Counted from the first letter of the whole stretch, positions 25,201 through 37,793 are shown. The stretch: 63,426 nucleotides of DNA, filler included, from Octopus bimaculoides (GCF_001194135.2; 7 parts of 7 records of this genome joined end to end with filler, not necessarily neighbours in it), one strand, 5' to 3'. Program-made: numbers and translations. Notes: generated by a model from the sequence alone, not told the origin.

Positions 25201-26041
25201 CTTTCTTGGCCCCACCTCTTATTCCTCTTACACTAAAACAACAACAATATTATTTGCGAAAATGGAAGCATTTATGCTGTCATTAAACCAAGCTTGAAAG
25301 AGCAGCCAAATCTTCTTCATATCACACCATGTTATTTTAAATAAAGTAAGGTTATGTTGAGTAATGTATTCTGAGATAGTCTGAAAAAAAAATTAAATAA
25401 AATAAATGGTTGGATGGTCATAGCTGGAAGGCTTTTGAATATAGGTCTACTTGACTAAAATTGACTTGGGGCTAAACAACATACAAAATATTCATAGCTG
25501 AGAACATGTCTCCTAATGATCAGTCAGGTATCTTGGTAGTTAATGAAATTGGACACAAGATGGAAGGGTGGTTGACGTGAATAGCTGCATGCATTCACAT
25601 CCATTATGGTTGCACATTTTATTCAGTAATTTGCACTCAAGCAATCCATAATACATTTCGGGATAATCTTGATTAAGAATTAAGTGCATGTGTAGCACAT
25701 TGCAGTTTGAAATGATTGGATTTGCTTGAAAGAATCTTTCATTTCTTCCTATCTACACCCCCATCACATCACCGTACCCCATCTGCCGTCTTCACTTTGT
25801 CTATTCTTGTAAATATTATTAGCCTGGAGATGGAGATACCTAAATGTATTGAACTAAATCCTTTTATATTCTGAGATCAAATTTCAGCAGGGCTGACTTT
25901 TTCCCTTCTTACTTTCAATATCAGCAAAATTAAATACCAGTTATATATTCAGATTGATTGAATCAAATACATGTATATGTGTGTGTGTGTGTGAGTGTGT
26001 ACTATGTGTATATGCGTGTGTGTGTATACATATATATATGT

Positions 26042-26106
<65 letters not shown>

Positions 26107-26308
26107 NNNNNNNNNNNNNNNNNNNNNNNNNNNNNNNNNNNNNNNNNNNNNNNNNNNNNNNNNNNNNNNNNNNNNNNNNNNNNNNNNNNNNNNNNNNNNN
26201 NNNNNNNNNNNNNNNNNNNNNNNNNNNNNNNNNNNNNNNNNNNNNNNNNNNNNNNNNNNNNNNNNNNNNNNNNNNNNNNNNNNNNNNNNNNNNNNNNNNN
26301 NNNNNNNN

Positions 26309-26386
<78 letters not shown>

Positions 26387-26394
26387 CATACTTT

Positions 26395-26812
26395 ATTCTT
26401 TTATTTGTTTCAGTCATTTGACTGTGGCCATGCTGGATCATCACCTTGCAGGATTTTAGTTGAGCCAATTCATCCCAGGACTTATTTTTTTAAAGTCTAG
26501 TACTTATTCTTCGGTCTCTTTTGCCAAACCGCTAAGTTACAGAGATGTAAATACACCAGCACCAGTCGTCAAGTGGTGATGGGAAGACAGATACAGATGC
26601 ATAGAGACACACACACACACACATGCATGCACACACGCACACACACACACACATACACACACACACGACGGGCTTCTTTCAGTTTCCATTTACCAAATCC
26701 ACTCAGATGGCTATAGTAAAAGACACTTGCCCAGGATGATGCCACACAGTGGAACTGAAACCAGAACCATGTGGTTGGGAAGCAAGATTCTAACCACACA
26801 GCCACCCCTATT
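26395..26812 (-). mobile_element. SINE-like family B copy
   Basis: tgtttcagtcatttgactgtggccatgctgga...ttttgccaaaccgctaagttac...acgacgggcttctttcagtttcc...gacacttgcccagg. Confidence 0.85.
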
Positions 26813-26999
26813 AGTTGTGTGCATGCATATAAATACAAATTCAATGATGCTCATAATCACTAAAAAGAATGAAATAGCGCAACACATGATTGCCTACATA
26901 TATATCTAACTTTTAATTGGAGTGCTTTATTATATGTATATAAGGTGGTGCTCCAGCATGGCTGCAGTTTACTGAGTGAAACATGTAAAAGATAAAATA

Positions 27000-27345
27000 T
27001 ATAAATATATAAAAAGTAAAGACCCCATTTGGTCATGAATGACCATGGGATTGCACCCAGAAAGAAAGATACCCTCCAGGCTAAGTTGTTTATGGAAGAC
27101 CAGCAGTCACCCTTTCATACCGGCCTCCCCTCCCCATGCCACCAATGTTATACATGAGAAATGCTAAGGCCAATACAGCTTAGCATTAGTGATGTCACAG
27201 CTCATTTCTAGAGCTGAGTGAACTGGAGCAACGTGAAATAAAGTGTCTTGCTCAAGAACACAACACACAATCTGGTCTGGGAATCAAACTTACTACCTCA
27301 TGATTGTGGGCCCGACACTCTAACCACTAAGCTATGTGCCTTCAC
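27000..27345 (-). mobile_element. tRNA-derived SINE (family C-like head)
   Basis: Reverse complement begins gtgaaggcacatagcttagtggttagagtgtcgggcccacaatcatgagg and contains gtgttcttgagcaagacactttatttcacgttgctccag. Confidence 0.7.
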
Positions 27346-27440
27346 ATATATACAATATATATATATAAAATATTAAAGAGATGAGGAATTATGTTCATTA
27401 TTTACATTTGATGGATATTTGTCCTCATCTTGTTTGTTGT

Positions 27441-27484
27441 TAACACGTTTCGGCTGATATACTCTCCAGCCTTCATCAGGTGTC
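27441..27484 (-). ncRNA. Minimal hammerhead-ribozyme-like motif (probably inactive copy)
   Basis: Minus strand GACAC CUGAUGA A GGCUG gagaguauau CAGCC GAAAC GUGUU: conserved CUGAUGA and GAAA boxes, a 5-bp stem II and complementary stem I arms GACAC/GUGUU. There is no room for a separate NUH cleavage triplet. Confidence 0.6.
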
Positions 27485-27561
27485 TTTGGGAAATTTCAAA
27501 CCTGGGTTCTCATTCTTAAGGTATTTTCTGATGTTATTATTATTATTATTATTATTATTCA

Positions 27562-27633
27562 GGTCACTACCTGGAATCGAACTCAGAATCTTGGGGTTAG
27601 TAGCCCGCGCTCTTAACCACTACACCATATGCC
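27562..27633 (-). promoter_or_regulatory. tRNA-derived segment with Pol III A and B boxes (not a canonical tRNA)
   Basis: GGCATATGGTGTAGTGGTTAAGAGCGCGGGCTACTAACCCCAAGATTCTGAGTTCGATTCCAGGTAGTGACC: A box TGGTGTAGTGG (27627-27617), B box GAGTTCGATTCC (27584-27573), anticodon-like loop CT-ACT-AA. Stems are imperfect. Confidence 0.7.
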
Positions 27634-27899
27634 CATAGGCAATTATGGAGTGAATTTTAGGGCTTATAATTCTAATATTTTCCGATCCTTCCTTAATACC
27701 AGTTCCCATATGCTACTCATATCTGCACTTAGTCTGCTTAGGAGGTTGTTGTGTCCTAGCACATGTGCTACTTCTTTTAGTTTTCGTATTTTCCAGTAGT
27801 GTTCTCTGTCTTTTATTTATTTTTTTATTATTCAAGAGTAATACAACACTTTGCAAATATCTCCTTTGAGTAAAACAATCAATAAAAGAGAAAATGACC

Positions 27900-28160
27900 A
27901 AAGACTACATGTAGCTGTGATAGGTTATGCAAAGGCAAAACATGCCACCCCCTCAAAATAAGGGTAGGGGAACATCACAGAGCTGTGACATGAGGAGATA
28001 TTGATAAATTGGGTATAGCTGATCATGTATGGAAAACGGAGACCATTTCCCCCTGTGGGATGAAGTTAAAATAATAGACTGAGAACACCACTGGAAAATA
28101 CGAAAACTAAAAGAAGCAGCACATATGCTAGGACACAACAACCTTCTAAGCAGACCAAGT
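27900..28160 (+). mobile_element. Penelope-like GIY-YIG fragment, inverted relative to the adjacent copy
   Basis: CSCDRLCKGKTCHPLKIRVGEHHRAVT*GDIDKLGIADHVW...WDEVKIID*EHHWKIRKLKEAAHMLGHNNLLSRPS, with two stops and a frameshift. Cut off at 28160 by a SINE A fragment. Confidence 0.8.
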
Positions 28161-28835
28161 CTGAGGTCGACTTTGCCTTTCAACTTAATCCCTTTGTCCT
28201 TGTTTATCCCCTCTATGTTTGACCCCCTGTGGGCAATAAAGAAATAAATATTACACACTTAATGTATGTGTGTTAGTAAACACTGCAAAACTGTGGTATT
28301 CATTCAGAGGAGATCCCTCTAAAGATGAATCATGTTTAAAATAAATACAGCATAACTCAAAGCCGGGTGAAATAAAATCAACTCAGAAGTTAAAAGGAAT
28401 AACAGATATCAATATTTTACAGTCATTTTCACTCTTCAGTGCCACACATTCTTCCGCTCTGAAATGACTCGCCTCAACTAACTAGAGATGTGTGTACAAA
28501 ATAACGTAAAAACTATTTTCTGGTATACAAAAGTATCACACAAGTAAAACAAAATACAAATTTTCTGTTTGAAGCAGCTTATTAATGTCAGTATTTTCAA
28601 TACCACACACATAATGTATGTGCATTATTAAACACTTAAACATTACGAAGTTGCTGCAGTATTTCATCTAGGGGAGGCTCCCCTTTAAAGATATATTGTG
28701 TTGACACATACATTAAGTCTGTGATATTGATAATGCATATATTATTAAACTGCTTCAAATACCAAATTTGAATATTTAAATATATATATATATAAAAGTT
28801 TGCATGTGGGTGCTTAAATAAATATATATTTATGC

Positions 28836-28879
<44 letters not shown>

Positions 28880-29249
28880 ATACATATGCATATATATATA
28901 TATATATNNNNNNNNNNNNNNNNNNNNNNNNNNNNNNNNNNNNNNNNNNNNNNNNNNNNNNNNNNNNNNNNNNNNNNNNNNNNNNNNNNNNNNNNNNNNN
29001 NNNNNNNNNNNNNNNNNNNNNNNNNNNNNNNNNNNNNNNNNNNNNNNNNNNNNNNNNNNNNNNNNNNNNNNNNNNNNNNNNNNNNNNNNNNNNNNNNNNN
29101 NNNNNNNNNNNNNNNNNNNNNNNNNNNNAGCAAAAGAAAGATAATAAATCAAAGTTTGGTTAATCGCATACAAGATCTCATTTCAAGTTAAAGGTAAAAA
29201 AAAAATACCGACTGCTACACCAGGTACATCGTATGGAGTTTCTACCCAG

Positions 29250-29800
29250 GCCATCTACCTGAAGGGATTTGTGATTTGTCTGCCTTCCTACTTACTAAGA
29301 CTTTGGTTTTTGCTAGATTAACTCTAACCACCTTTGATTCTAGACCTTGCTTCCACACCTGAAACTTTTTCTCTTGTTCTGCTAGTGACTCAGCTATTAC
29401 AGCAAGGTCATCAGCATAGAGCAGCTCCCAGGGGCAGCCTGTCTTGAATCCCTCTGTTATTGCTTGGAGAACTGTGATGAAGAAGAGGGGGCTGAGGACT
29501 GATGGTTGGTGAACTCCTACTTCTACTTAGAATTCTTCACTATACTTGTTACAAACCCTCACCTTACCGACAGCATCCTTGTACATTGGCTTTTACAGCT
29601 CTCACCAACCACTATCCCTAGTTTCCACATTGTACAGCTCTCACCAACTACTTTCCTTAGTTTCCACATTGACCACCAGATAAGGGATTGGGGGACCTTA
29701 TCCAAATGCTTTCTCCATGTCAACAAAAGCCAAGTACTGAGGTTTATCTTTGGCTAGTATTTCTCCTCTCTTACTAGAAATATAGCATTATTGGTGTCTC
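29250..29800 (-). mobile_element. RTE-clade reverse transcriptase core remnant
   Basis: Minus strand LAFVDMEKAF..., MYKDAVGKVRVCNKYSEEF*VEVGVHQPSVLSPLFFI...GCPWELLYADDLAVIAES. Contains the YADD catalytic motif; stops and frameshifts present. Confidence 0.85.
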
Positions 29801-29902
29801 TTCCCGACACAAACCCAAACTGCATCTCATCTAAACTAACTTACTCCCTAATTAGTTGGGTTATGACCCTTTCCATGACTTTCATCAACTGATCTAACAA
29901 AG

Positions 29903-29979
<77 letters not shown>

Positions 29980-30094
29980 GTAACACTTCAATCAGAAATT
30001 CAAGTTCTTGTACCGATAAGAAAAATCTTTATTATTGTTTTTTTTATATGTATAATCTCATGTCAACCCTGATCAAGCAGATATGGATTAATGT

Positions 30095-30330
30095 AATGGC
30101 ATGGCTGTGTGGTTAAGTTATCTTTCCAACTACATGATTTGGAGTTCAATCCCACTGTGTGGCACTCCTCCAAGCAAGTGTCTTTCACTATAGTCCCAGG
30201 CCAATCAAAGCCTTGTAAATGGATTTGATAGAAGGTAACTGAAAGAAGCCAGTCAAATATATGTATATATGTGTATATGGTTGTGTTGTGTGTCTTTGTG
30301 CCTCCTTGTCTTGACATTGCATGCAAATTG
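30095..30330 (+). mobile_element. SINE-like family B 5' half
   Basis: ggcatggctgtgtggttaag...gttcaatcccactgtgtggcac...caagcaagtgtctttcactatag...aaagccttgtaaatggatttgatag...ctgaaagaagcc. Confidence 0.75.
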
Positions 30331-33141
30331 TAAAACATAAGTCACTATTATATAAATAGTATCATTCATATCCAAACTACCATGGAAACATGTCTGGCCA
30401 TGGGGAAATTTTAATTTGCTTGGAAATAGGTGAGTGTTTGCAAGAGGAAGATCATGCAGCTGTAAATAATTATGTCTCATCAAATTCCATTTGACCCATG
30501 CAAGCATAGAAAAATGAACATTAAAACAATACTGCTGCTGCTGATAGTTGTTGTTGTTGTTGTTGTTGTTGGTGGTGGTGGTTGTGGTGGTGGTGGTGAT
30601 GACAATGATGATGATATGGTGTTCAAATCCTTATCAACTTCCCCTTTAATCTTCCTAGAGTCGATGAAATGAACTACCAATTCCATTCAAGTACTGGAGT
30701 TTGGTTTCATTGACGAACTCCCTTCACATACATTTCTAGCCTTTTGCCTATATTAGAAACAAGTATTACTGTGGCTGTAGCTGCTGTGTTCTGTTAATAT
30801 TTAAAGATTTATCTAGAAGTTACTGAGCCTGTAGCTCTCTTCAGAGTTTCTGATGACATTATTGAAAAGAAGGGAGAGACTTAGCCTCAGAACGGTAGTC
30901 TATCCCGAATACTTGCAACATAATGGATTCTGATCTAATGGTGGTGTCAGGTGGTGCTGTTGAACTGGGAGTTTTTAAGGTCTTGGAGTATGTTGACCAG
31001 GGTCTGATGTTGGTTTTCTATAAAAATCCCTTCACTGTATAAAATATCGAGTTCGATATTAATTACTACTTGATTATTCAGGGATTAAAAGATTTTGCTA
31101 TGGTTATGGGAAATATCTTTCTTTGGACATTGATATAAATGTGGATTTTAAGTATAGTGATTAAAGCTCTGCTTGTCATTGATGTGGTGGCCTCTGTTGA
31201 TGAATATTGACTATGCTTTGCACCTAAATGAGCTGGACTGGGTAGATTACTTTGAGCATGTCTAACAGTTGCCGATGTAAGTAAGTATGTCTGTGACACT
31301 GCTTTTCCTAATTGCTGTACATAATTATCTAGACACAAGCAGACATGGAAACCCTTTTAAACCCCAAACTGCTGATCCAACAGAATATCCAGCATGTGAT
31401 AGCCGGATTTCTACCTGCCTGGAACTTATCCCAGCTGAACAAACTGGAGCAAAATTAAATGAACTACTTCATTTTAAAACAAAAAGAAAATCACCACCAC
31501 CTAATCCAGGAATTGAACACATAACTTTAACAAAGCAAATCAACCAAACCATTTAACCACTTAGCCATGCACTTTATAGTCAGCTGCTTTCCTTTAATTC
31601 AAATATCTCACCTTAACAGCAAAAAATATCAGCCACTTTCCCTACTGCATTCAGCTAAAGATGAAATCGAGCACTATAAGTCTTGTAGTAATATCATTTT
31701 GATTATTAATATCGTCATAATTATTAAACAATTAAACAATATCAATTATAGATATCATTTATTGATGACAGCAGAACAAAGGCCAATAATTTTTCAACAC
31801 TCTCAGAGAAAAACAAAAGAAAAACATTGTAGCTGTTTTTCTCCAATGAGATGAAATATTTACATCCTTTTCTGGCATTTTAGACAAATAAGATTCTAAA
31901 TTAATTGCTATGTTAATACAAAAATGATATACGCTGTAACATTCAATATGGTTATCAGCTGTGAGTATTAAAGAAAGCAAAGATCACTTATGTTTTAGTT
32001 GTGAACCTTCCATGGTTTATAACATACGTTTATGCAAATACTAAAATTATTAATTTGATTGCTTCTTATTTATTTCCTGTTGAAATACAAGTCTACTATT
32101 TCATTGGTACTGATGTGGCTGTGTGGTTAAGAAGCTTCCTTCCCAACCACTGAGTTGCAGGTTCAGTCCTACAGACCAAAACCTTGAGAGTGGATTTGGT
32201 AGACAGAAACTGTTGTGTACTTACAAACATGAACATTCATATGCACACACCTGTACATATGTGTGTGTGTGTGTAAAGTGTATTTTAGGTAAAAAAAAAT
32301 CTTGTAACATGTATTGAAGAGTGCCTATGTTTTTGTTCAACTCCTACATGTTATATCTCAGGATATGGGTGTAAATGTGGGACTCCTATAATATATATAT
32401 ATAGTTTATAGGTTAGAGACAAGTCTCCCCTTCATAGAATACACTTCAAAGTGCTCGAGAGATTTGAATTTGAGCCAGTAGATGAGTAAATGTAATGAGA
32501 AGCAAGTTAAGCAAGTCGATTTACACAGAATATTAAATACATTTTAATAGAAAAATGTACATGTGTATGGATATAGAATAGTCCTACTTACAGAATATGA
32601 ATGATATCAGGAGTTGAAAGTCTGACAGCTATTTCTGGGGGTTTGGTAGTCCAGAATAATGATAGTTACTTGGATCAATTATCAGATAATACTGCTTCCA
32701 TCTTCGGGGGGGGGGGGGAGAATTTTACATTTGAGGTGTTAACAGGTTGGAGTTTAAAGATGGGATGATTTTGTGGAGAGCTAAGTATGTTAGAAAGCAT
32801 GGTAGGATGTTTAGATAGAGAATAGTAGGAGGAGAAAATAGATTTCAGAGTTAGGGTTAATAATGATGCTGGTGATAGTAATAGAGGTGGAAGGTGGGAG
32901 AAAGGTGGGAGGAAGGGGGAAGGGTGGTTTGGGTTGTATGTGAGTGATGACCTTTGTGATAGTTTGTGCGAAGGGTATAGAGTTAAAGGTTGAGATAGTG
33001 AAAAGGGCTTGTTATTAATTGGGGGAAATGAGTTGTCTGGTTCAATAGCTAAGTGGGGGTGAGGAAGTGGTCAAAAGTAGTTGTTAGTGGGATAAAGGAG
33101 TAAATATATATTTTCACACACACACACAGACACACACACAC

Positions 33142-33189
<48 letters not shown>

Positions 33190-33252
33190 CATACATGCAC
33201 ACCCATGCTAGCATGGAAAGCAGACGTTAAACGATGATGATGATGATGATGA

Positions 33253-33289
<37 letters not shown>

Positions 33290-33306
33290 GAGAGAGAGAG
33301 AGATAG

Positions 33307-33366
<60 letters not shown>

Positions 33367-33399
33367 CCAAGTGTATGTGTGCATGTATATACACACACG

Positions 33400-33935
33400 T
33401 TGCAGTTCCACAATCTCAGCTTCACTGTGATGGGCAGGTCTTCTTGAGAACCTCACACTGCCAGTCAACCTGGTCTTTGTCATTTTCTCTGAAAGAATGT
33501 CTCAAAATCAGTGTTCACCACTTCATTCCATGCCTTCTTGAGACTTCCCCTTTTGTAAGCTCCCTTCCCATTCCATGACCATCATTTCCTTATACAGCTG
33601 TGGTGATGTATACAAGTCACATTTCCATTCCAGATCTGTCTTCTTCTTTGCACATTACATCTGATTCCTTTAATGTGCAGCTTCTCTCTCAACCGATTTG
33701 TACTTTGCAGTTTATGCCCATTTACATGACATATCCCACTTAAGAATCTAGCTTCATTTCTCTCCAGTCACCCCAAGTCCTCTGCATTCAAGTCCTATGT
33801 CTCACTGCCATGCAGCACTGCAGTTCTAAGGGCATCAAACAATCTGCCCTTCAGTCTGAGGGTGAAGGCCTTTATAGCCAGCAGTGGTACTAGGTCTCTG
33901 AACATGTCCCAATCCATACTTTTTCTGGCTACTAT
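33400..33935 (-). mobile_element. RTE-clade LINE C-terminal remnant
   Basis: Minus strand W..FRDLVPLLAIKAFTLRLKGRLFDALRTAVLHGSET..LNAEDLG*LERNEAR, typical RTE post-RT sequence. Confidence 0.75.
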
Positions 33936-34923
33936 GACAGAAATATAGAAAGAGTTAAAGATTTATATAGATATAAAATTACACCTGCACAGCTGGTTAA
34001 ATATAATTAAACACATACACATAGATATATATTGCATATTTTTTGTGTATACATACCTACATATGCATATATATATATATATATATATANNNNNNNNNNN
34101 NNNNNNNNNNNNNNNNNNNNNNNNNNNNNNNNNTTAATTAATTAANNNNNNNNNNNNNNNNNNNNNNNNNNNNNNNNNNNNNNNNNNNNTTAAAAAAATA
34201 AAAAATTCCAAAAACAAAAAAAAGTAAGAACAACCTAAAAACAATACGATGCTAAAGATTTTGCGGGTCGATATTGTAAAACTAACTTCACGTGTGTACC
34301 CATAGCCCCATGTAGTCACGGAACCTTATTTGTGGTATAACCTCGCCTTAAAAGAAAAATATATGGTAGTGCGGTTGTTATATTGGCGACACAAGAAAGT
34401 TAACCGAAACTGTTCAAGATCAATCATAGGTTGGACATCCATGTACACTGATTAGAATTGTGAATTTCAATTATTGAAAACGCGTTCCCGGATGGATACA
34501 ATTGTGCAGAGTCCGTTTGTCTCAATATGGAAAAGCTGTTTGAATGTCGACGTTTGAAGACATTTGTAACTGAAGTTTAAAAAAACATAGTAATTAGAAA
34601 NNNNNNNNNNNNNNNNNNNNNNNNNNNNNNNNNNNNNNNNNNNNNNNNNNNNNNNNNNNNNNNNNNNNNNNNNNNNNNNNNNNNNNNNNNNNNNNNNNNN
34701 NNNNNNNNNNNNNNNNNNNNNNNNNNNNNNNNNNNNNNNNNNNNNNNNNNNNNNNNNNNNNNNNNNNNNNNNNNNNNNNNNNNNNNNNNNNNNNNNNNNN
34801 NNNNNNNNNNNNNNNNNNNNNNNNNNNNNNNNNNNNNNNNNNNNNNNNNNNNNNNNNNNNNNNNNNNNNNNNNNNNNNNNNNNNNNNNNNNNNNNNNNNN
34901 NNNNNNNNNNNNNNNNNNNNNNN

Positions 34924-34970
<47 letters not shown>

Positions 34971-35334
34971 AGTAAGAGGTGAAGGGAGAGGAGATGAAAT
35001 ACTAATACAGTAAAGAAGTAGTGAGAGTAATAGCCATGTAGCCATGACTGAGAGGGAGTGAGAAAAAGTAATGACAATAAGAAAGACGAAACGAAGTGGC
35101 AAAGAGAGCGTCGTATGAATGAGGAAGGAAGGGGTGATAGATGACTAACGAAGGAAGGGGTGAAAAAGCTGATAAACGGCGTTTGAAGTGTGAGTATATG
35201 TGTGTGTAAAAGAGAGGTATGTGTGCGTGCGTGCGTATGTGTGTATAATAGAAATGGGATGAAAACGTGTGAGTATATGTGTGTGTATGAGTGTGCATGT
35301 ACAAGAGAACTATGTGAAACTTTACATATACATG

Positions 35335-35525
35335 AAAAGTAAAGAAAATCCAGAATCCTTGTCCGGTACCGGATCGATCCCAAAATCTAATGAGACCGTG
35401 CCAGTCACAAGACCAAACATCCATGAAAGTTTCCTCCGAATCCATCCAGCAGTTTTTGAGATATCTTGTCCACGGACAAACAAACAAACACGACTGAAAA
35501 TCTCCGCCATCGCTTAGGCGGAGGT
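35335..35525 (-). mobile_element. Non-autonomous Helentron/DINE-1-like element (CpG-intact copy)
   Basis: Terminal hairpin CTCCGCC-atcgctta-GGCGGAG next to an aat-rich flank, a (gttt)n tract, and a body homologous to 20547-20725. Confidence 0.6.
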
Positions 35526-35599
35526 GATAATAATATGCTCTGAGAATGGCATGAATTTTCATCCGGTTCTGAACGTAGGAGGAATGAGGTTACCCTTAA

Positions 35600-37040
35600 C
35601 CACAACTACTTTCAGGTCGCCGTTGGGCCAGGTGTAGTAACTGTAAGCCCACCCCAAAACCTTGAAATACCAATGTGGCGTCTGGCGGGGTTAAGTCTGT
35701 CTCGTGGGTTCAGGGTGCCCCTTTTGCCTTGGTCGGCAACTCCTCTGGAGATGGTGTCTCAATAAAAAAACATTCTTGGTTCTGTCACCTCATCACTACA
35801 ACCCTCATGCGTGAAAATGTCCAATACAATTGTATTAAATGATGGCATGAATGGCGTTGGAACTGATAACAGTATATATGAGGGTAGGTGTGAACTCTCT
35901 GAGCCTTGGCTAGTGGCGGTGTCACGATAAAACTACTGGTGGTTGCACAACCTTATAAATGAGTGATATTAACTTCGAATAATCATCATAACTGTGTCAA
36001 CGGACCGGAACTGTTAACGGTGAAGGTGTCGCGCACGGCAGGCAAAGTGTATCTGAACGAGCTCCGGCTGGTCGCCATTAAGTCATTGATCAGGACCAGA
36101 ATCGAAGTCAAAAGCGTAAAAGGCGAAAAAGGAAATGGGGAAAAGAGGTTAGCAAGATTGAATGCTGGCAGAGAAGTGAGCCAAACAAAAGAAATTTCAT
36201 GAAACGAATATGAGATGAAAAAAGGAAGCTTTGAAGCTTCCGCCCAACGATTGGTGAACCAGACAAGGGCAATTCATATGAACGACTGGATTATAGGATT
36301 AGAGAAGAATTTTCAAAAAAAAACAAAAAAAAAAACAAGAGACAATGGAAGGGAAAGAGATGAAAACATTGAAAAAGAAGGAAATCACTGTGCCTCAGGT
36401 TGCTAGTGAAGTAAATAGTGAAGATGATCTAACTGGACAAGTAACAGTAAAAACTGCACAAGACTTGAGTAATTAAGGAAAGGATATTTTAGAAATACTT
36501 GCGCGGTAAAATGTGTGATGAGAACAATGAAATGCCACCAAATGTAAGGTATATGGACAGAGGAGCAGTGAGGGGAACCATAAGCAAAGTAAATGGGGTT
36601 TTAAGCTTGGTTAAAATAGAAAGCATTAGTGAATCAAACCAGCTAATCATACCGCTGCTAATGCTGTAGCTGACATAATAGGATGCAAGCGAAAAACTGT
36701 TGAAAGGAAATGAAAAGAAAGAACCAAACTGGTGGAAGAGAATACGAATGAAGTAGGAAAAAACTCGGAAAGGATTGGGGCAATGGATTAGGATGATGAG
36801 AGGAGAGCTCGAGAATGAGGCAGTAGCAGAAAATTGAATGGACAGTATATGAAATATTGTCACAAAGGGTGACAGTGTTAAAGGCCAAATTGAAAAAATA
36901 TGATGCTAGATACAAAGGTTTTGAACAGAATAGACTGTTTCAATCAAATAGAAGTTGGCTTTTTGAGAAAACAGAGGCTAACCAGCATCAAGAACTGATT
37001 CCTGATGCGGAATACAGTAAAGTATTTGGGGGAAATTTTT
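35600..37040 (+). mobile_element. Degraded 5' half of a Dong/R4-type LINE
   Basis: Frameshifted peptides RKRKWGKEVSK, SAQRLVNQTRAIHMNDW...LE and QRVTVLKAKLKKYDARYKGFEQNRLFQSN resemble the N-terminal region of the 38765-40262 element. 5' boundary uncertain. Confidence 0.6.
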
Positions 37041-37049
37041 GAAACAGGC

Positions 37050-37050
37050 C

Positions 37051-37113
<63 letters not shown>

Positions 37114-37143
37114 CGCAGCAGCAGCAGTAGCAGTAGCAGCAGC

Positions 37144-37193
<50 letters not shown>

Positions 37194-37210
37194 GTGTTGT
37201 TGTTGTTGTT
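37050..37210 (+). repeat. Compound (GTA)n(GCA)n(GTA)n(GTT)n microsatellite
   Basis: Read directly from the sequence. Confidence 0.95.
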
Positions 37211-37430
37211 AAAGCGACGAGCTGGCAAAGTCGTTAGCACACCAGGTAAAATGCTTAGTGACATTTCGTTTGTCTTTGTGTTCTGAGTTCAAATTACGCT
37301 GAAATCAACTTTACCTTCCATCACTTCGGAGTCGATTAAATGAATACCAGTTGAACCCTGGAATCGCTGTAATTGACTTACCCCTTCTCCCGAAATTGCT
37401 GGCCTTGTGCCAAAATATGAACTCATTATT
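37211..37430 (+). mobile_element. SINE family A copy
   Basis: aaagcgacgagctggcaaagtcgttagcacaccagg...gttctgagttcaaatt...ggccttgtgccaaaat. Confidence 0.8.
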
Positions 37431-37760
37431 ATCGTTGTTGTTGTTGTAGTTATAGTTATTGATGATATCTTGTTTTTGATGTTGCTGCTATTGTTTAACA
37501 TTCGGTTATACCGAGTCGACGTTTTTGCTACGATCATTCCATGTTTTTGAACTTTTCACCGCGTGACAATTGGTATTACTTTGTCTATGTCCCCTTTATT
37601 TAGCGGTTCGCCTAAAGTGACCAATGGAATAAGTGGAAAACTTACAATAAAATAAGTACTTGCGTCGATCTTTTTGACTAAATCTCTTCAAGGCAGTGCC
37701 CCAGCATGGCCACAATCCAATGATTGAAACAAGCAAAAGATAATACACACACACACACAC

Positions 37761-37793
<33 letters not shown>

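Larger units (their letters stand above)
27360..27815 (-). mobile_element. 5'-truncated Penelope-like element: end of GIY-YIG ORF plus 3' UTR
   Basis: Minus frame IKDREHYWKIRKLKEVAHVLGHNNLLSRLSADMSSIWELVLRKDRKILEL* (stop 27666-27664). The same peptide follows the GIY-YIG motifs in the plus copy at 27900-28160. Confidence 0.75.

Noticed and set aside
27562-27633. Possible tRNA-Ser(ACT) gene
   Set aside because: The acceptor, D and T stems are broken and it lies within a TE 3' UTR. Recorded as a tRNA-derived segment, not a tRNA gene.
30850-30885. CTGATGA...GAAA hammerhead-like spacing
   Set aside because: No stem II and no palindromic stem III or cleavage triplet; a chance match.
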